The notes: generated from the letters alone by a model not told the origin. Counted from the stretch's first letter, positions 42,506 through 53,256 are shown. The stretch is 64,000 nt of DNA from Candidatus Latescibacterota bacterium (GCA_963791045.1 CAWBQK010000010.1:47839-111838); one strand, 5' to 3'. Program-made: numbers and translations.

Positions 42506-43886
42506 GTCGTTCCCGGATCACGAGTTCCTGCCCCACACGAATGACGTCTTTGTTCCCGAGTCTGTTGGACTCGCGAATCGACGCCACGCTTGTACTGTAC
42601 TGTTTTGAAATCCCCCACAACGTATCGCCCCGTCTTACCTTGTGCACGAAAAGGCGGCCCGTCTCGTCGGGCGGCGGGGGGTATTTCCGGAGATATGAGA
42701 TTATGCCGGCTGCTATGGCGTCGGCCGCGGCTTGCCTGCCCTTTGCATTTTTGAAGATCGACGCATCCTTGGAGTTGGAAAGAAAACCCGCCTCAACCAG
42801 GACCGAAGGGATGTCCACCGACTTGAGCACGGCGAACGATTTTTGTTTGACGCTGCGGACGGGGGGAAGATCCTTCCTGTCCATCGCTTTTAAGATTTCT
42901 TCCCCGAGAAGAAGGCTTCGCTGCATCATCGCCTGCTGGTTGACGTCGACGAGCATATGCATGATGTCGTCGCTCTCCGGTGCGTCCAGACCAAGTTCTC
43001 TTGCCGCGTTCTTTCTGTTGGACAAAAACTTTTTCGCGGTCGCCTCGGCCCCCGCCGGAGATATCAAAAACAACTCAACCCCTCTGGCGCTCCGCCGGGG
43101 CGCCGAATTGAGATGGATGCTCACGAAAATATCGGCGTTTCGCTTCTTCGCGATACGCGTCCGCTCGACCAGATTGAGAAAAACGTCACTGTCGCGCGTC
43201 ATAACCGCTTTGAAACCATCTTTTTCGTTTATCTTACGGGCCACCCGCCGCGATATATCCAACACGACGTCCTTTTCCCGCAGCTTATACTTGCCGGTGG
43301 TTCCCGGATCCTTCCCCCCGTGACCGGGATCAATGGCGACTATGATCTGCTGTTTCGCCTCCGGGGGACGCATGCGCGCCGGAGGAGGAGAAGAAGCCGT
43401 CGTCGTTTTTGCTTTGGTATTTGCCGGCACCTTCGGCTTGGTCGACGCCGTTTTGTTTGCCGGTTGACCGGGGCCGTTTTTTACATCGACGACAATCCGG
43501 TTGGGCATCCCGTCGACGGGAACGAGATACAGATCGTTCCATTCCGCCGCGTGCCTCAGGTCGAGAACAACCTGCGTTCCCCAGGACAGCCTGTTGATAC
43601 GCACACGCCGGACAACTCCGTCGTTTATGTCGGCGCGCTTGGCGTCTCGGGAGAGTCTGACACCGGTGAGATTGATGGCGATCCGGTCCGGATTCGCGAA
43701 TTTTCGAATCTTATAGTCCGCCCGCCCGGAGAGATCGAGGACAATCCTCGTCCGATCGGGGGCGACTGTGTACCTTATTTTTGAAAGCGAGGGAGAAGGG
43801 CTCGATGTTGAATGGGTGTTCGTCGCCCATGCGCCAAGGAGAAGCACCAGTGTAACAACCGTTGATATACGTCTGATGATCAACAT
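42492..43886 (-). CDS. N-acetylmuramoyl-L-alanine amidase (AMIN + Amidase_3 + LysM)
   Basis: RTRIVLDL; IDPGHGGKDPG, EKDVVL, FVSIHLN, VLVEAGF; HKVRRGDTLWGIS. Confidence 0.92.
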   Translation of the reverse strand: MLIIRRISTVVTLVLLLGAWATNTHSTSSPSPSLSKIRYTVAPDRTRIVLDLSGRADYKIRKFANPDRIAINLTGVRLSRDAKRADINDGVVRRVRINRLSWGTQVVLDLRHAAEWNDLYLVPVDGMPNRIVVDVKNGPGQPANKTASTKPKVPANTKAKTTTASSPPPARMRPPEAKQQIIVAIDPGHGGKDPGTTGKYKLREKDVVLDISRRVARKINEKDGFKAVMTRDSDVFLNLVERTRIAKKRNADIFVSIHLNSAPRRSARGVELFLISPAGAEATAKKFLSNRKNAARELGLDAPESDDIMHMLVDVNQQAMMQRSLLLGEEILKAMDRKDLPPVRSVKQKSFAVLKSVDIPSVLVEAGFLSNSKDASIFKNAKGRQAAADAIAAGIISYLRKYPPPPDETGRLFVHKVRRGDTLWGISKQYSTSVASIRESNRLGNKDVIRVGQELVIRERHDGR

Positions 43887-44036
43887 CTGCGTCGACGGTT
43901 TCCTTTGGGCGCGAAAAGCGCAACTCATGGATGGAACGGCCGGGCCGAGTTCCACCGGGTTTTGCAGGAGACATTTCTGATGCGTATCAAAAATAGAACA
44001 GGGGGAAAGTAAATGGCAAGAGAATATTCAGTCCCT

Positions 44037-44966
44037 CTAATCCACAACTTCGCGGTTGGAAAGCACATAGGCCAGGGGATTCTTTTTCTTCCCATCCTTC
44101 GTCACTTCGTAATGAAGGTGAGTGGCCGTCGACCGGCCCGATGACCCGACCCGTGCAATCACATCTCCGCGTTTTACTCTTTTACCCTTCTTGACAAGGA
44201 GTTTAGAGCAATGGGCATATCGGGTGGCGAAACCGTGCCCGTGTGAGATTTCAACGGTCCAACCAAACTGGTACCATTTGCCGGCAAAGGTCACGACCCC
44301 ATCAGCGGTAGCGAGAATGGGAGTGCCCAGGCGCGCCGAGTAATCTACCCCGTGATGCCACGAGGTTCTCCCTGTGAAGGGATCCATCCGACGGCCGAAC
44401 CGGCTCGAAACATAACCCGAAGGAAGTGGTCGAATTGACGGTGTTGCGTTGAGCTGTGCCTGTCGTTCCGCGAGCGTCTCGATGATCGTTTCGTAACTTT
44501 CCCTCTGCAGTCTGGCCTGGCGGGTAAGTTTGTCGATATCTTCACCCAGAATGTTGACCCTCCCGCGCGTCCCCTCATCCAGGAGCGAGAGAGACTCGAT
44601 GGCGCCATAATCGGGACCACCGACACCGACCTCGGCAACGTCACCGTCCAGATCGTCCAGGTTGGCGAGAATACGGGCCTTTTTCTGAAAATCGAAATTC
44701 TGCTGAACCTGACGTTCCAGCAGCTCGACCCGTTGGGCGTAATCGTCCAGCTGTCCCCGGAGAACATCGTTTTCTTCCGCGGCTTGCGTCAGCCGATCGG
44801 CGGTCAACGCGCTCGTCGACAAATTGATTACGAATACGGTCGCAGCGGCCACGGACAGGGCCACAAACGCCAAAATCCCGAAAACGAGAAGTTTCGGGAC
44901 GCGGACGGTCTTCAGCCCGCCGTCCTTCTTGGGGACGTACATGAATGTGAAATATTTGTTCTTCAT
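44037..44966 (-). CDS. M23 family metallopeptidase
   Basis: TM plus coiled coil; HHGVD, TRYAHC, GSSGRSTATHLHYEV. Confidence 0.92.
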   Translation of the reverse strand: MKNKYFTFMYVPKKDGGLKTVRVPKLLVFGILAFVALSVAAATVFVINLSTSALTADRLTQAAEENDVLRGQLDDYAQRVELLERQVQQNFDFQKKARILANLDDLDGDVAEVGVGGPDYGAIESLSLLDEGTRGRVNILGEDIDKLTRQARLQRESYETIIETLAERQAQLNATPSIRPLPSGYVSSRFGRRMDPFTGRTSWHHGVDYSARLGTPILATADGVVTFAGKWYQFGWTVEISHGHGFATRYAHCSKLLVKKGKRVKRGDVIARVGSSGRSTATHLHYEVTKDGKKKNPLAYVLSNREVVD

Positions 44967-45197
44967 CTCAATCGATCGCTTGGCAAATAACAGGCCGTCA
45001 AATCTTCGGGTAGGCTAATGAATGCCCCCCCGCATGTCAAGCGCATTCTCCCAAACCTGATGAAGGGCTGCAACTTCCATACCACGGGGACACTCGATGG
45101 GGCCTCGTTTAAATACAGAAGGTTACCCGGTGCGTCAAATTATAGCACCGGGCAACCTTCCGGTATTTGGCGATATCGAGGCCAAAAGAGCAATCGG

Positions 45198-46079
45198 CTA
45201 GCCCTCGATATAACCTTTGAGGAACTTGGACCGCGACGAGTGGCGAAGCCGAACTATCGCTTTTTCCTTGATCTGGCGGATACGTTCTCTCGTGAGTGAG
45301 AGCTTCTTGCCGATTTCTTCGAGGGTAAACGGTTCCTCTCCGTTGAGTCCGAAATACAGTGAGAGGATCAGCTTTTCCCGATCCGAGAGCGTATCGAGCG
45401 CTTTCTCCATATCGTCGCTCAGCGCACGTTCGTAGGTTTGTTCGTCGGGACTCTGAGCGTTGTCATCCTGGAGATAATCGACGAGCGCGCTGTCATCCTG
45501 ATCGTTCGAATAAGGATCATCGAGGGACACATGCGTATTGGCGATGTGCATGGTGTCCTGAACCTCGGTTTCCGAAATCTTTAATTTTTTGGCAATCTCC
45601 GCAGCGCTCGGAGCCCGTCCCAGTTCCTGGTCGAGCTGGCGCGATGCCTTCCCGATCCGGTACAAGGTTCCCGCTCTGTTGAGGGGAAGCCGGACGATCC
45701 GGGAATGCTCAGCCAGCGACTGGAGCATCGCCTGACGGATCCACCAGACAGCGTACGAAATAAACTTGTACCCACGTTCCTCATCGAAACGGTGCGCGGC
45801 CTTGATAAGACCGAGATTACCGTCGTTGATGAGGTCCTCGAGGGCCAGACCCTGATTCGCGTACTGTTTCGCGATCGAGACAACGAACCTGAGGTTCGCT
45901 TTGACGAGCCCATCGAGCGCGTCTTTGTCTCCCTTTTTGATCCGGCGCGCGAGTTCTTGCTCTTCTTCACGCTTGAGCAGGGGTGTCTTATTGATCTCGT
46001 GGAGGTAGACGTCGAGACTGCGGTTGCCGCCTGTGCTCTCGTTCTTCGCTCCCCGTCTTTTGGCTGGATCTGGCCTCAT
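45198..46079 (-). CDS. RNA polymerase sigma70 factor, RpoD/SigA family (no region 1.1)
   Basis: LDVYLHEI, ANLRFVVSIAK, FISYAVWWIRQ, TLEEIG..LTRERIRQIKEKA. Confidence 0.95.
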   Translation of the reverse strand: MRPDPAKRRGAKNESTGGNRSLDVYLHEINKTPLLKREEEQELARRIKKGDKDALDGLVKANLRFVVSIAKQYANQGLALEDLINDGNLGLIKAAHRFDEERGYKFISYAVWWIRQAMLQSLAEHSRIVRLPLNRAGTLYRIGKASRQLDQELGRAPSAAEIAKKLKISETEVQDTMHIANTHVSLDDPYSNDQDDSALVDYLQDDNAQSPDEQTYERALSDDMEKALDTLSDREKLILSLYFGLNGEEPFTLEEIGKKLSLTRERIRQIKEKAIVRLRHSSRSKFLKGYIEG

Positions 46080-46134
46080 GGCTTTTTGTCCTTGGTTAGA
46101 TGTCCGGTCCGACTTCGCAACACATCTATTATCA

Positions 46135-47616
46135 CTACTTGTTGGGAATCACCGGTACATACTGTGACGTTCGTTCTCTTTTGATCAGGAAAGCAATTGG
46201 TTCCGTCCGGTCTTTCAACTTCTCGGAGATATCGACGTAGTCTTTCAAGTTCTCCACCTTCCGAGAATAAACTTCCGTTATCACATCGCCTTCCTGAATC
46301 CCCGCACGACCCGCCGGACTTCCCTCCTCAACCCCGATAACCTTGACGCCGTTTTCTTCGTTGCTTCCGACGTCGTCCACGCTCAGTCCGAGCCAGCTTT
46401 CCTGCCGCTGCGGAGCCGCGGCCAGCACATTGTCCCTTGGTCTCTCTGTCAGTATGATGCTCAATTCTTCGCGTTCGCCGTCACGGACAACGACGACCGG
46501 GACACTGGTGCCTACTTCTGTGTTACCGACCATTAGTCGGAACCTGTCGTCATCCCTTACAGAATTTTTGTTGTATTCCACAATAACGTCATTTTTCTTA
46601 AGCCCCGCCTTCTCGGCCGGCGTATCCGGGAGTACCTCGGTCACGAGGATTCCCGCTTCGACATCAAGATTGAGCCCCTGTGCGAGGGTCTTGTTGAGCT
46701 CCTGGAGACGGATGCCCATAAACCCATATTGCACATGGCCGTTCGCGATCAGCTGCCGGCTGATGTTCTTGGCCATATCGATGGGAATCGCGAACCCGAT
46801 CCCCTGTCCGGATGCGTTGATCGCCGTGTTGATCCCGATCGCCTCACCCTTGAGATTGACCAGCGGGCCGCCGCTGTTTCCGAAGTTGATCGACGCGTCG
46901 GTCTGGATGAAATCCTGATACAGGTTGGCATTGCCGCCCATAATATACAGGTCCGTCCGGCCCTTAGCGCTTATAACACCGACAGTTACCGATCCGGACA
47001 GCTGCCCGAACGGTGTCCCGATCGCCATAACCCAGTCTCCGACACGCATTTCGCTGGAGTCGCCAAGCGGTATAACCGGCAATTCCCCGTCGGCGTCGAT
47101 CTGGATAACTGCGATATCCGTAAAGGCATCGAATCCAACAACTTCGGCCTTGTATTCGATTTCATCCGGAGCATAACCCAGAACGACTGTGATCTCATCG
47201 GCATCGCGGATGACATGATAGTTGGTCAGGATCCGCCCTTCGTCATCGATGATGAATCCCGAACCGCCGCCGGGTACCCGGCGAGGGTGATCTTCGGGAA
47301 GGTTTTCGCGGAAGAAATCAAACGGTCCGAATCCCTCGCGCTGCTCGTCCCCGCTGATCTCGCGCTCGGTCTTTATGTAAACGACACCCGGTGTCACAAC
47401 CTCGGCCACATCCGCAAATGTGGAGTGAAACTGCCCCGGAGCGGGTAACGCCGAACGCTGGACAGTAGCCTCGGCCTGGACAGACGCCGGATCCATATCA
47501 GTCGTCAGTATCAGACTCGCCATAAACCCAGCGAGAAACACGGCCGTGCCCAACAAAAACACCCTGAGCGAGCGGCGCAACGACGTCATTAGCGGTCTCA
47601 CGACAAACCTTTCCAT
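46135..47616 (-). CDS. HtrA/DegP (Do) serine endoprotease with two PDZ domains
   Basis: GSGFII, LTNYHV, TDIAV, IQTDASINFGNSGGPL. Confidence 0.95.
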   Translation of the reverse strand: MERFVVRPLMTSLRRSLRVFLLGTAVFLAGFMASLILTTDMDPASVQAEATVQRSALPAPGQFHSTFADVAEVVTPGVVYIKTEREISGDEQREGFGPFDFFRENLPEDHPRRVPGGGSGFIIDDEGRILTNYHVIRDADEITVVLGYAPDEIEYKAEVVGFDAFTDIAVIQIDADGELPVIPLGDSSEMRVGDWVMAIGTPFGQLSGSVTVGVISAKGRTDLYIMGGNANLYQDFIQTDASINFGNSGGPLVNLKGEAIGINTAINASGQGIGFAIPIDMAKNISRQLIANGHVQYGFMGIRLQELNKTLAQGLNLDVEAGILVTEVLPDTPAEKAGLKKNDVIVEYNKNSVRDDDRFRLMVGNTEVGTSVPVVVVRDGEREELSIILTERPRDNVLAAAPQRQESWLGLSVDDVGSNEENGVKVIGVEEGSPAGRAGIQEGDVITEVYSRKVENLKDYVDISEKLKDRTEPIAFLIKRERTSQYVPVIPNK

Positions 47617-47746
47617 ATTTTGGAACTTCCTTAGACGTATACAAACGAATAGGTTGGGGGAGCCGTGGGGGGCGAAACTATTCGTTTCATCCCGGATTCA
47701 GAGGTCTGTCCTGCAGATTTCGGAGCTAAGTGAACCTTCCATAAGA

Positions 47747-47775
47747 ATTTTAGCCCAGATTCCGAAACCTGTCAA
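47747..47775 (-). promoter_or_regulatory. Sigma70-type promoter for the HtrA gene
   Basis: TTGACA-17nt-TAAAAT; a second TTGACA-17-TATCCT lies near 47860-47888. Confidence 0.6.
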
Positions 47776-48097
47776 GCTCCCGTAACTAATTTACTATGCT
47801 TAGGTTATTTCTATGCGGGGCGAGATGAGCTGTTCACGCAAGAAGGATTTAGCAAAACAGGATACCAATTGCGCAATACCGTGTCAAGTCCGATCTATCT
47901 CAATCGCCCCAATTTCTTTACCCACTTGTTATACGATATGCCCCTCCCAGGGTTCCGGAAATTGCGTCTTGCAGCCAGAAATAGAATTGGTACAATGGGA
48001 TGCAGTATTTCTACAGGCTGGGGCAGCGTTTATTCAATCCAATCTGAACCCCACCCGGCAGGGGTCTGGCGAGGGCGGCCACACCGTCGAGACAACG

Positions 48098-48862
48098 ATG
48101 ACAGAAACGTATAAAAAGATAGCGGCCAGCGAAGTGTTTTTTGTCGCTGACAGCCACTTCAGGGACCGGGCGCTGCCCGGGGAAGCCGAGCGCAGGGACC
48201 GTTTCGCGCGGCTCCTCGAAACGGTCCCCTCGGACGGGGCCGTATTCCTGTTGGGCGACATATTTGATTTCTACTTCGAGTACAAGTCGGTCGTGTCCAA
48301 GCGGTACTTCGACATCTACCACGCGCTCTACGAGTGCTCGTCGAGGGGCGTCGAAGTGCACTTTCTCGGTGGGAACCACGACTACTGGTTCAACAATTTC
48401 CTCGAGGACGAGATTGGCGTGGCTTCGCACGGCGAACACCTGTTCGTCGAGTGCCAGGGACGCCGGATCTGGTGCACGCACGGAGATCTCTTCATGCCGG
48501 GTGACGAAAACTACACTACCGTCCGGTCGATCCTCCGGAATCGGTATGTCATCGCCGCGGCGAAGATAATTCACCCCGATCTGATGGACGCCATCGCCAA
48601 GAAGGTCTCATACGGGAGTAAAGCGAGGGACAGGGGATCTGTCGAAGACATGGCCAACCAGCTCGCCGCCAGGCCAACCCAGCAATTCTTCTCGCGCGGT
48701 AACGACGTGTTCGCCATGGGGCACGTCCACTACCCGCTCCACCAACAGAAAAACGGCAACGATTTTCTGATCGTCGGCGACTGGATCACAAAATTTACCT
48801 ATGGATTGATGAAGGACGGCCGGATCTCGCTGGAGACCCTCAGTTCCGGAGAGACAGACTGA
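48098..48862 (+). CDS. lpxH: UDP-2,3-diacylglucosamine diphosphatase (LpxH-like)
   Basis: ADSH, LGDIFD, GNHD, HGD, MGHVH, VGDW. Confidence 0.82.
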   Translation: MTETYKKIAASEVFFVADSHFRDRALPGEAERRDRFARLLETVPSDGAVFLLGDIFDFYFEYKSVVSKRYFDIYHALYECSSRGVEVHFLGGNHDYWFNNFLEDEIGVASHGEHLFVECQGRRIWCTHGDLFMPGDENYTTVRSILRNRYVIAAAKIIHPDLMDAIAKKVSYGSKARDRGSVEDMANQLAARPTQQFFSRGNDVFAMGHVHYPLHQQKNGNDFLIVGDWITKFTYGLMKDGRISLETLSSGETD

Positions 48863-49754
48863 TCCGGTGGCTGTCGCCGAGGTCGTTGCTCCCCAGTAGC
48901 ATCCCATAGTCAAAATCGAACTTCCGGTACCGCACACCCAGGCCGAACGTCGCGCCCTGGGAATCGTATCCCCCCTTGAAACCCGCACGAAGGAACAACA
49001 GACGCGAGTAACCATACTCGGCGCCAATGTGCTGTTTGGAGTTGCCGTCATTGGGAAAGATGACATCGAGCGTGAGAAGAATGTCCCCTTTCAGGGTCTC
49101 GACGTGGCGGTCATAGCTACCGCCGATCTTGAACATGCGCGGCAGCGCGAACTCTTCTTCAACGAACTTCATCGGCGACCCGAGATTCGCGAGCACCGCG
49201 GCAAACTTGACACCCTCGATCCGGCTCACATGATAAACACCAAGGTCGAAACCCAATCCACTCGCGGACGAGTTATCGATTTTCTGGTATATCGGTTTTA
49301 CCGCGACGCCAGCAGAGAGGTTCGGGAGAAAATAGCGCGAATAGGCCAGTGCAAACGACACGTCGTATGCGCCAAACGTCCCCAACGGCACTTCCGACGG
49401 CGTATCCTCGTACCGGTCCATGTCGTCCATGTAAAGTCCGGTAAAACTGATACCAAACGTGCCGTAGTCGGTCTCATGCGTAACGGCGAGCTGCTCAAGA
49501 CGGACGGACTGGAAATACTCGTTATGAGTAAACATCATGTTGGTTCCGAGAACGGGACTCATCGCGGCGGGATTCCAGTATACCGACGACGCGTCTTTTG
49601 CGACCGCAGAGAACGCCTCACCCATACCGGCCGCACGGCCGCCCATACCGAGACGGAGGAACAGCGCTCCCGAATCGCCGGGATCACCCGCTAGAAGACT
49701 CGTCGGCATGACGAGAACAAGAAGCAATAACACGAGGTGAAGGGTTTTTCGCAT
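48840..49754 (-). CDS. PorV/PorQ (UPF0164) family outer-membrane protein
   Basis: FLRLGMGGRAAGMGEAFSAVAKDASSVYWNPA; C-terminal LGDSHRISL; AAGGAGA RBS. Confidence 0.85.
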   Translation of the reverse strand: MRKTLHLVLLLLVLVMPTSLLAGDPGDSGALFLRLGMGGRAAGMGEAFSAVAKDASSVYWNPAAMSPVLGTNMMFTHNEYFQSVRLEQLAVTHETDYGTFGISFTGLYMDDMDRYEDTPSEVPLGTFGAYDVSFALAYSRYFLPNLSAGVAVKPIYQKIDNSSASGLGFDLGVYHVSRIEGVKFAAVLANLGSPMKFVEEEFALPRMFKIGGSYDRHVETLKGDILLTLDVIFPNDGNSKQHIGAEYGYSRLLFLRAGFKGGYDSQGATFGLGVRYRKFDFDYGMLLGSNDLGDSHRISLSLRN

Positions 49755-49767
49755 GGTCCGTCTCCTT

Positions 49768-52700
49768 TTAGCGGAGTATAGCAAAATTCTTGACGAAAGA
49801 CTCGGATCCGCCGCCCGATTCGACGACCATCCTCAGCATATAAACGCCGCTTTTTAATTGTGTCACATCTATCGCCTCGTCGAACGGTGTATTTGACGCA
49901 TCAGCCGGATTGCCCGTCTTGGACAGATCGGTGACCCGTTCGCCTTCGAGGTTATAGATTTCGACCCGAACCGTCGATGTCTTGTTGAGAACGATTCGCG
50001 CATGAACCTCGCCGTCTCTAACCGGGTTTGGATAAATCTTGAACGACCCCGATTCCACGACCCCGGCCGCCGAAGCGGGTGGTGAATTGTCGGCCAGTCG
50101 TCCCTGCCGGGCGAGCCCATGCTGGTATGAAAGCCAATCCCAGTCTCCGCCCATAATCGACCCGGGGAGAGACTGGATGGACAGCGACATCATCGGAACC
50201 GTGAGAACCGAATCGTACACACCATCAATTGTGACGATCGGGTGCACCAGGCCGAGACTCACGAGGCTCATTTCATCGGTTCCCGCCAGGTCGGCGATCA
50301 TCGGCGTCGCGACAATGCCGTCGGGGGCTTTTCGCGGGGAACCCGCGACACGCGCGCCGTTCGGAGCAAAGCCATGGATGGCGCCGTCGCCCCACGGATA
50401 GAGAATTTCTACCCCGTCATTTCCATCGATATTCGCGACCATCGGGCTCGCGAGGATCGCGTCGAAGTAGAGCTCGGGAAAATCGCCGAGTTGAGTTTGA
50501 CGAAGCGGCTGTGGCCAATTGGTGCGCAACCGCGCGTTGTGCTCGAAGATATAAAAGTTGTCATCGTCCAAGAGGACGATTTCGATAGTCCCATTATTGT
50601 CTACGTCGCCGAGCGCGGGCGCCGAAGGGCTCCCCGAGTTGAGTGCGACAAGTTCGATAAGACCATCCGTCGATTCGCCCTCAGCCGGAACCCGGCCGTG
50701 CCGATTGAAAACGGCGAGTCTGCCGTCGAGCAACGTAAATACCGCTTCGTCAAAACCGTTGTGGTCGAGATCGCCCGTCACGACCGGCGAAGCCGCGGGG
50801 AAATCAACGGGCAGCGGCAACTCCGAAGCCCAGGTCACGGAAACCGGCGTCAACGGCGCCGCCTCTCTCCGAAATTTCACCGGAAAATACGAGAACCCAT
50901 AAAAGCCGCTTGTGGTATCGGACCAGACGAACGCAACGCCTTCCGTGTCTTCGCCGGCGTGTCCCAATGCGCCGTAACCGGGCGGCGACGAGGTCTGGGC
51001 CCTGATGCTTCCACCCCAGACGATCGAGAACGAAGCCCCGATCAGCTGGTTCCTGACACCCGCGCCATTTACAAAACTCACGCGAAGCGAGTCGGAAACA
51101 TGTTCGATAATGACTATCTCGAGGACCGAGTCGTCGTTGACGTCGATAAGCATCGGCGGGGCGGCCAGCGGCAGACCGGCGAAAAGCACGCCGTCTGTTT
51201 GCGCGTCACCGTCTCCGTCAAAAACCTCCGACCCATCCCGCTTCCACGCAAAGACGCGTCCCTGGGGATCGGCGCCGATAAGATCCACGCCCCCATCGCC
51301 GTCTATATCCCCAAAGGCCGGTGGTCCAATCCACATGGCATCGGGCGCGGGTATATAGGGATCGATCGTTTCAGGGTTGCCGTCTCCGTCGACGAATTCT
51401 CCGCCGTCACCATTGAAAGCGTAGACCCCGGCCAGATCGGCAAAGACCACGATCTCAAGACCGGCCGCGCCGTCAAGATCGATCGCCGAAGGCGGCTGAT
51501 AATCGCCCGTCGCGATCCACCGGGTTCGTTTGTCTTCGAAGGGAGCGGCGAATGATATGGAACAGGTCATAATCGGACCCGTCTCGGAAATGTCGGTTAC
51601 CGTGATCCCGGTAACGGCCCCGGCGTTCGAGAAACTCCCCGGACTGGTGTCGGGACCAAAGGTTGTATTATTTCCCACACGGTATGTGTCGAAATGGCTG
51701 CCGAACGAGAACGGATCCTGGAGACCGTCGAGGTCCTGGACGCCGTCGGCTTCTTCGAGATCGACGCCTTTTCGCGACACAAAATCATTTGGCAAATAGC
51801 CGGTTTGTATCATTTGACGAATGACGTTTTCATCGACGTGCCACACATACATCCCCGTCCCCGTGTGGATAAACGGCACGACGGCGTTGTAGATGTCCCG
51901 CTCTTCCTGGAGTACGAACGGATCTGTCAAAACCGTCAAAAAGAAATCAAACTCGGCACCATCGAGCGAGTCGGTGTTGTCGGGGAAAAAGTTTGAATCG
52001 AGATCGGAGAAAGTAAACAAGCTGTCGAAGTTCTCGTCGTGCACGCGGTTGGTAACGAGATAATATTCGCTCTCCGTAATGGGAATCTTTATACACGCCG
52101 TGTCCCCGTCGACGGGCGCATTGAGATCCCTGAGCTGATAGTTCCCCTCTTCCTCCACGACGAGCGGATCCACCCACCCGGCAAGGATACGGTTGAACAC
52201 GCTGGGAAATGCCGGAACAAACCCCGGCATGATCCGCAGATCGGGTGTCACAGGACCGTTGAAAAGACCCGACGACATCACATCGAAGTTGCCGAGGCCA
52301 CGCGAATCAGCAGCCCCCGCCGGCTCGCTGTCAAACAGCGGCAGAAGTCCGAGACGGCTGGAAACCTCGAACACCCACACACCGAGAGATCCGATGGTGA
52401 AACCGTCCTGGCTCGAACTCTCAGGTACAAGCATAAAGTTGTCTACCATGAACGGCTCACCGTTCAAGGAGTCATTGGTTGCCAGACCGTACACGGTGCT
52501 GTCGGGGAACGCGAAATTAATATCCGTCCGCGAGTAAAAACTCGACCAGAGTTGTTCCCGCGAGTCGTCGAGGACGTCGGTTTCCTGCCCGGCGCCCGCG
52601 TGGATCAGCATCACCGTCTCGTACAGAGCAAAGTTGATATCCGCATCGGCGGAATCGATCACCGACTGCATCAACTCGATAGCACGGTAATCCTGGAGAT

Positions 52701-53163
52701 CATCGTCACCGTAATAATTCATCTCCTGGGGGAGGTTGTAGATCTTATTCGTAACCTCCCACCGCACGGCGAAGTTTTTTCTCGATGCCCCGTTGAAGTA
52801 CTGGTGTACGTGTGCGAGTTCGTTGGCAAACCATGTTGAATCACGGAGCTCTTCCCGGATGCTCCCCTCCTGGCCTCCCATAAGACTGTCGGCAAACTGT
52901 ACCTGTATCCCGATGAGAACCAGTGTGTCCTGGACGACCGCCGTCCCGGCGAGATACCGGTTGAGAAGCTCACGCTGGTAATCGTTGAGGCGGCCCTCAT
53001 TGGCCGCGGTTCCCGGCGCCCGGACCGGTCCAGAGGTCGCCGTTTTCCCCGTTCTGTCACGGGGCGCGAACCTCGGAACGACCGATTCGGAAAAAGACTC
53101 GCCGACTCCAACGAGCAAAAAGACAAAACAAATAATCGGGAGAATAAAGCTGTTGGGTTTCAC
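49768..53163 (-). CDS. Secreted M6 (InhA)-like protein lacking HExxH, with FG-GAP repeats and T9SS-like CTD
   Basis: IHAGAGQE, DVMSSG, AGWVDP, EYYLVTNR, GMYVWHVDE, DLEEADG; DLDG/GDIDGDG/GDVDNNG repeats; YPNPV...IYNLEGE...LKSGVY; GTG start at 53163. Confidence 0.82.
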   Translation of the reverse strand: MKPNSFILPIICFVFLLVGVGESFSESVVPRFAPRDRTGKTATSGPVRAPGTAANEGRLNDYQRELLNRYLAGTAVVQDTLVLIGIQVQFADSLMGGQEGSIREELRDSTWFANELAHVHQYFNGASRKNFAVRWEVTNKIYNLPQEMNYYGDDDLQDYRAIELMQSVIDSADADINFALYETVMLIHAGAGQETDVLDDSREQLWSSFYSRTDINFAFPDSTVYGLATNDSLNGEPFMVDNFMLVPESSSQDGFTIGSLGVWVFEVSSRLGLLPLFDSEPAGAADSRGLGNFDVMSSGLFNGPVTPDLRIMPGFVPAFPSVFNRILAGWVDPLVVEEEGNYQLRDLNAPVDGDTACIKIPITESEYYLVTNRVHDENFDSLFTFSDLDSNFFPDNTDSLDGAEFDFFLTVLTDPFVLQEERDIYNAVVPFIHTGTGMYVWHVDENVIRQMIQTGYLPNDFVSRKGVDLEEADGVQDLDGLQDPFSFGSHFDTYRVGNNTTFGPDTSPGSFSNAGAVTGITVTDISETGPIMTCSISFAAPFEDKRTRWIATGDYQPPSAIDLDGAAGLEIVVFADLAGVYAFNGDGGEFVDGDGNPETIDPYIPAPDAMWIGPPAFGDIDGDGGVDLIGADPQGRVFAWKRDGSEVFDGDGDAQTDGVLFAGLPLAAPPMLIDVNDDSVLEIVIIEHVSDSLRVSFVNGAGVRNQLIGASFSIVWGGSIRAQTSSPPGYGALGHAGEDTEGVAFVWSDTTSGFYGFSYFPVKFRREAAPLTPVSVTWASELPLPVDFPAASPVVTGDLDHNGFDEAVFTLLDGRLAVFNRHGRVPAEGESTDGLIELVALNSGSPSAPALGDVDNNGTIEIVLLDDDNFYIFEHNARLRTNWPQPLRQTQLGDFPELYFDAILASPMVANIDGNDGVEILYPWGDGAIHGFAPNGARVAGSPRKAPDGIVATPMIADLAGTDEMSLVSLGLVHPIVTIDGVYDSVLTVPMMSLSIQSLPGSIMGGDWDWLSYQHGLARQGRLADNSPPASAAGVVESGSFKIYPNPVRDGEVHARIVLNKTSTVRVEIYNLEGERVTDLSKTGNPADASNTPFDEAIDVTQLKSGVYMLRMVVESGGGSESFVKNFAILR

Positions 53164-53224
53164 TGGGATTTCTTTCTGGTCAATAGGTCGCGCGATCGCG
53201 CGCGATAGCGTAAAGGGAAGAGAT

Positions 53225-53253
53225 AATCTAACATATACCCCCTTTTGGGGCAA
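53225..53253 (-). promoter_or_regulatory. Possible sigma70 promoter for the M6-like/PorV pair
   Basis: TTGCCC-17nt-TAGATT with TG. Confidence 0.4.
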
Positions 53254-53256
53254 CGG

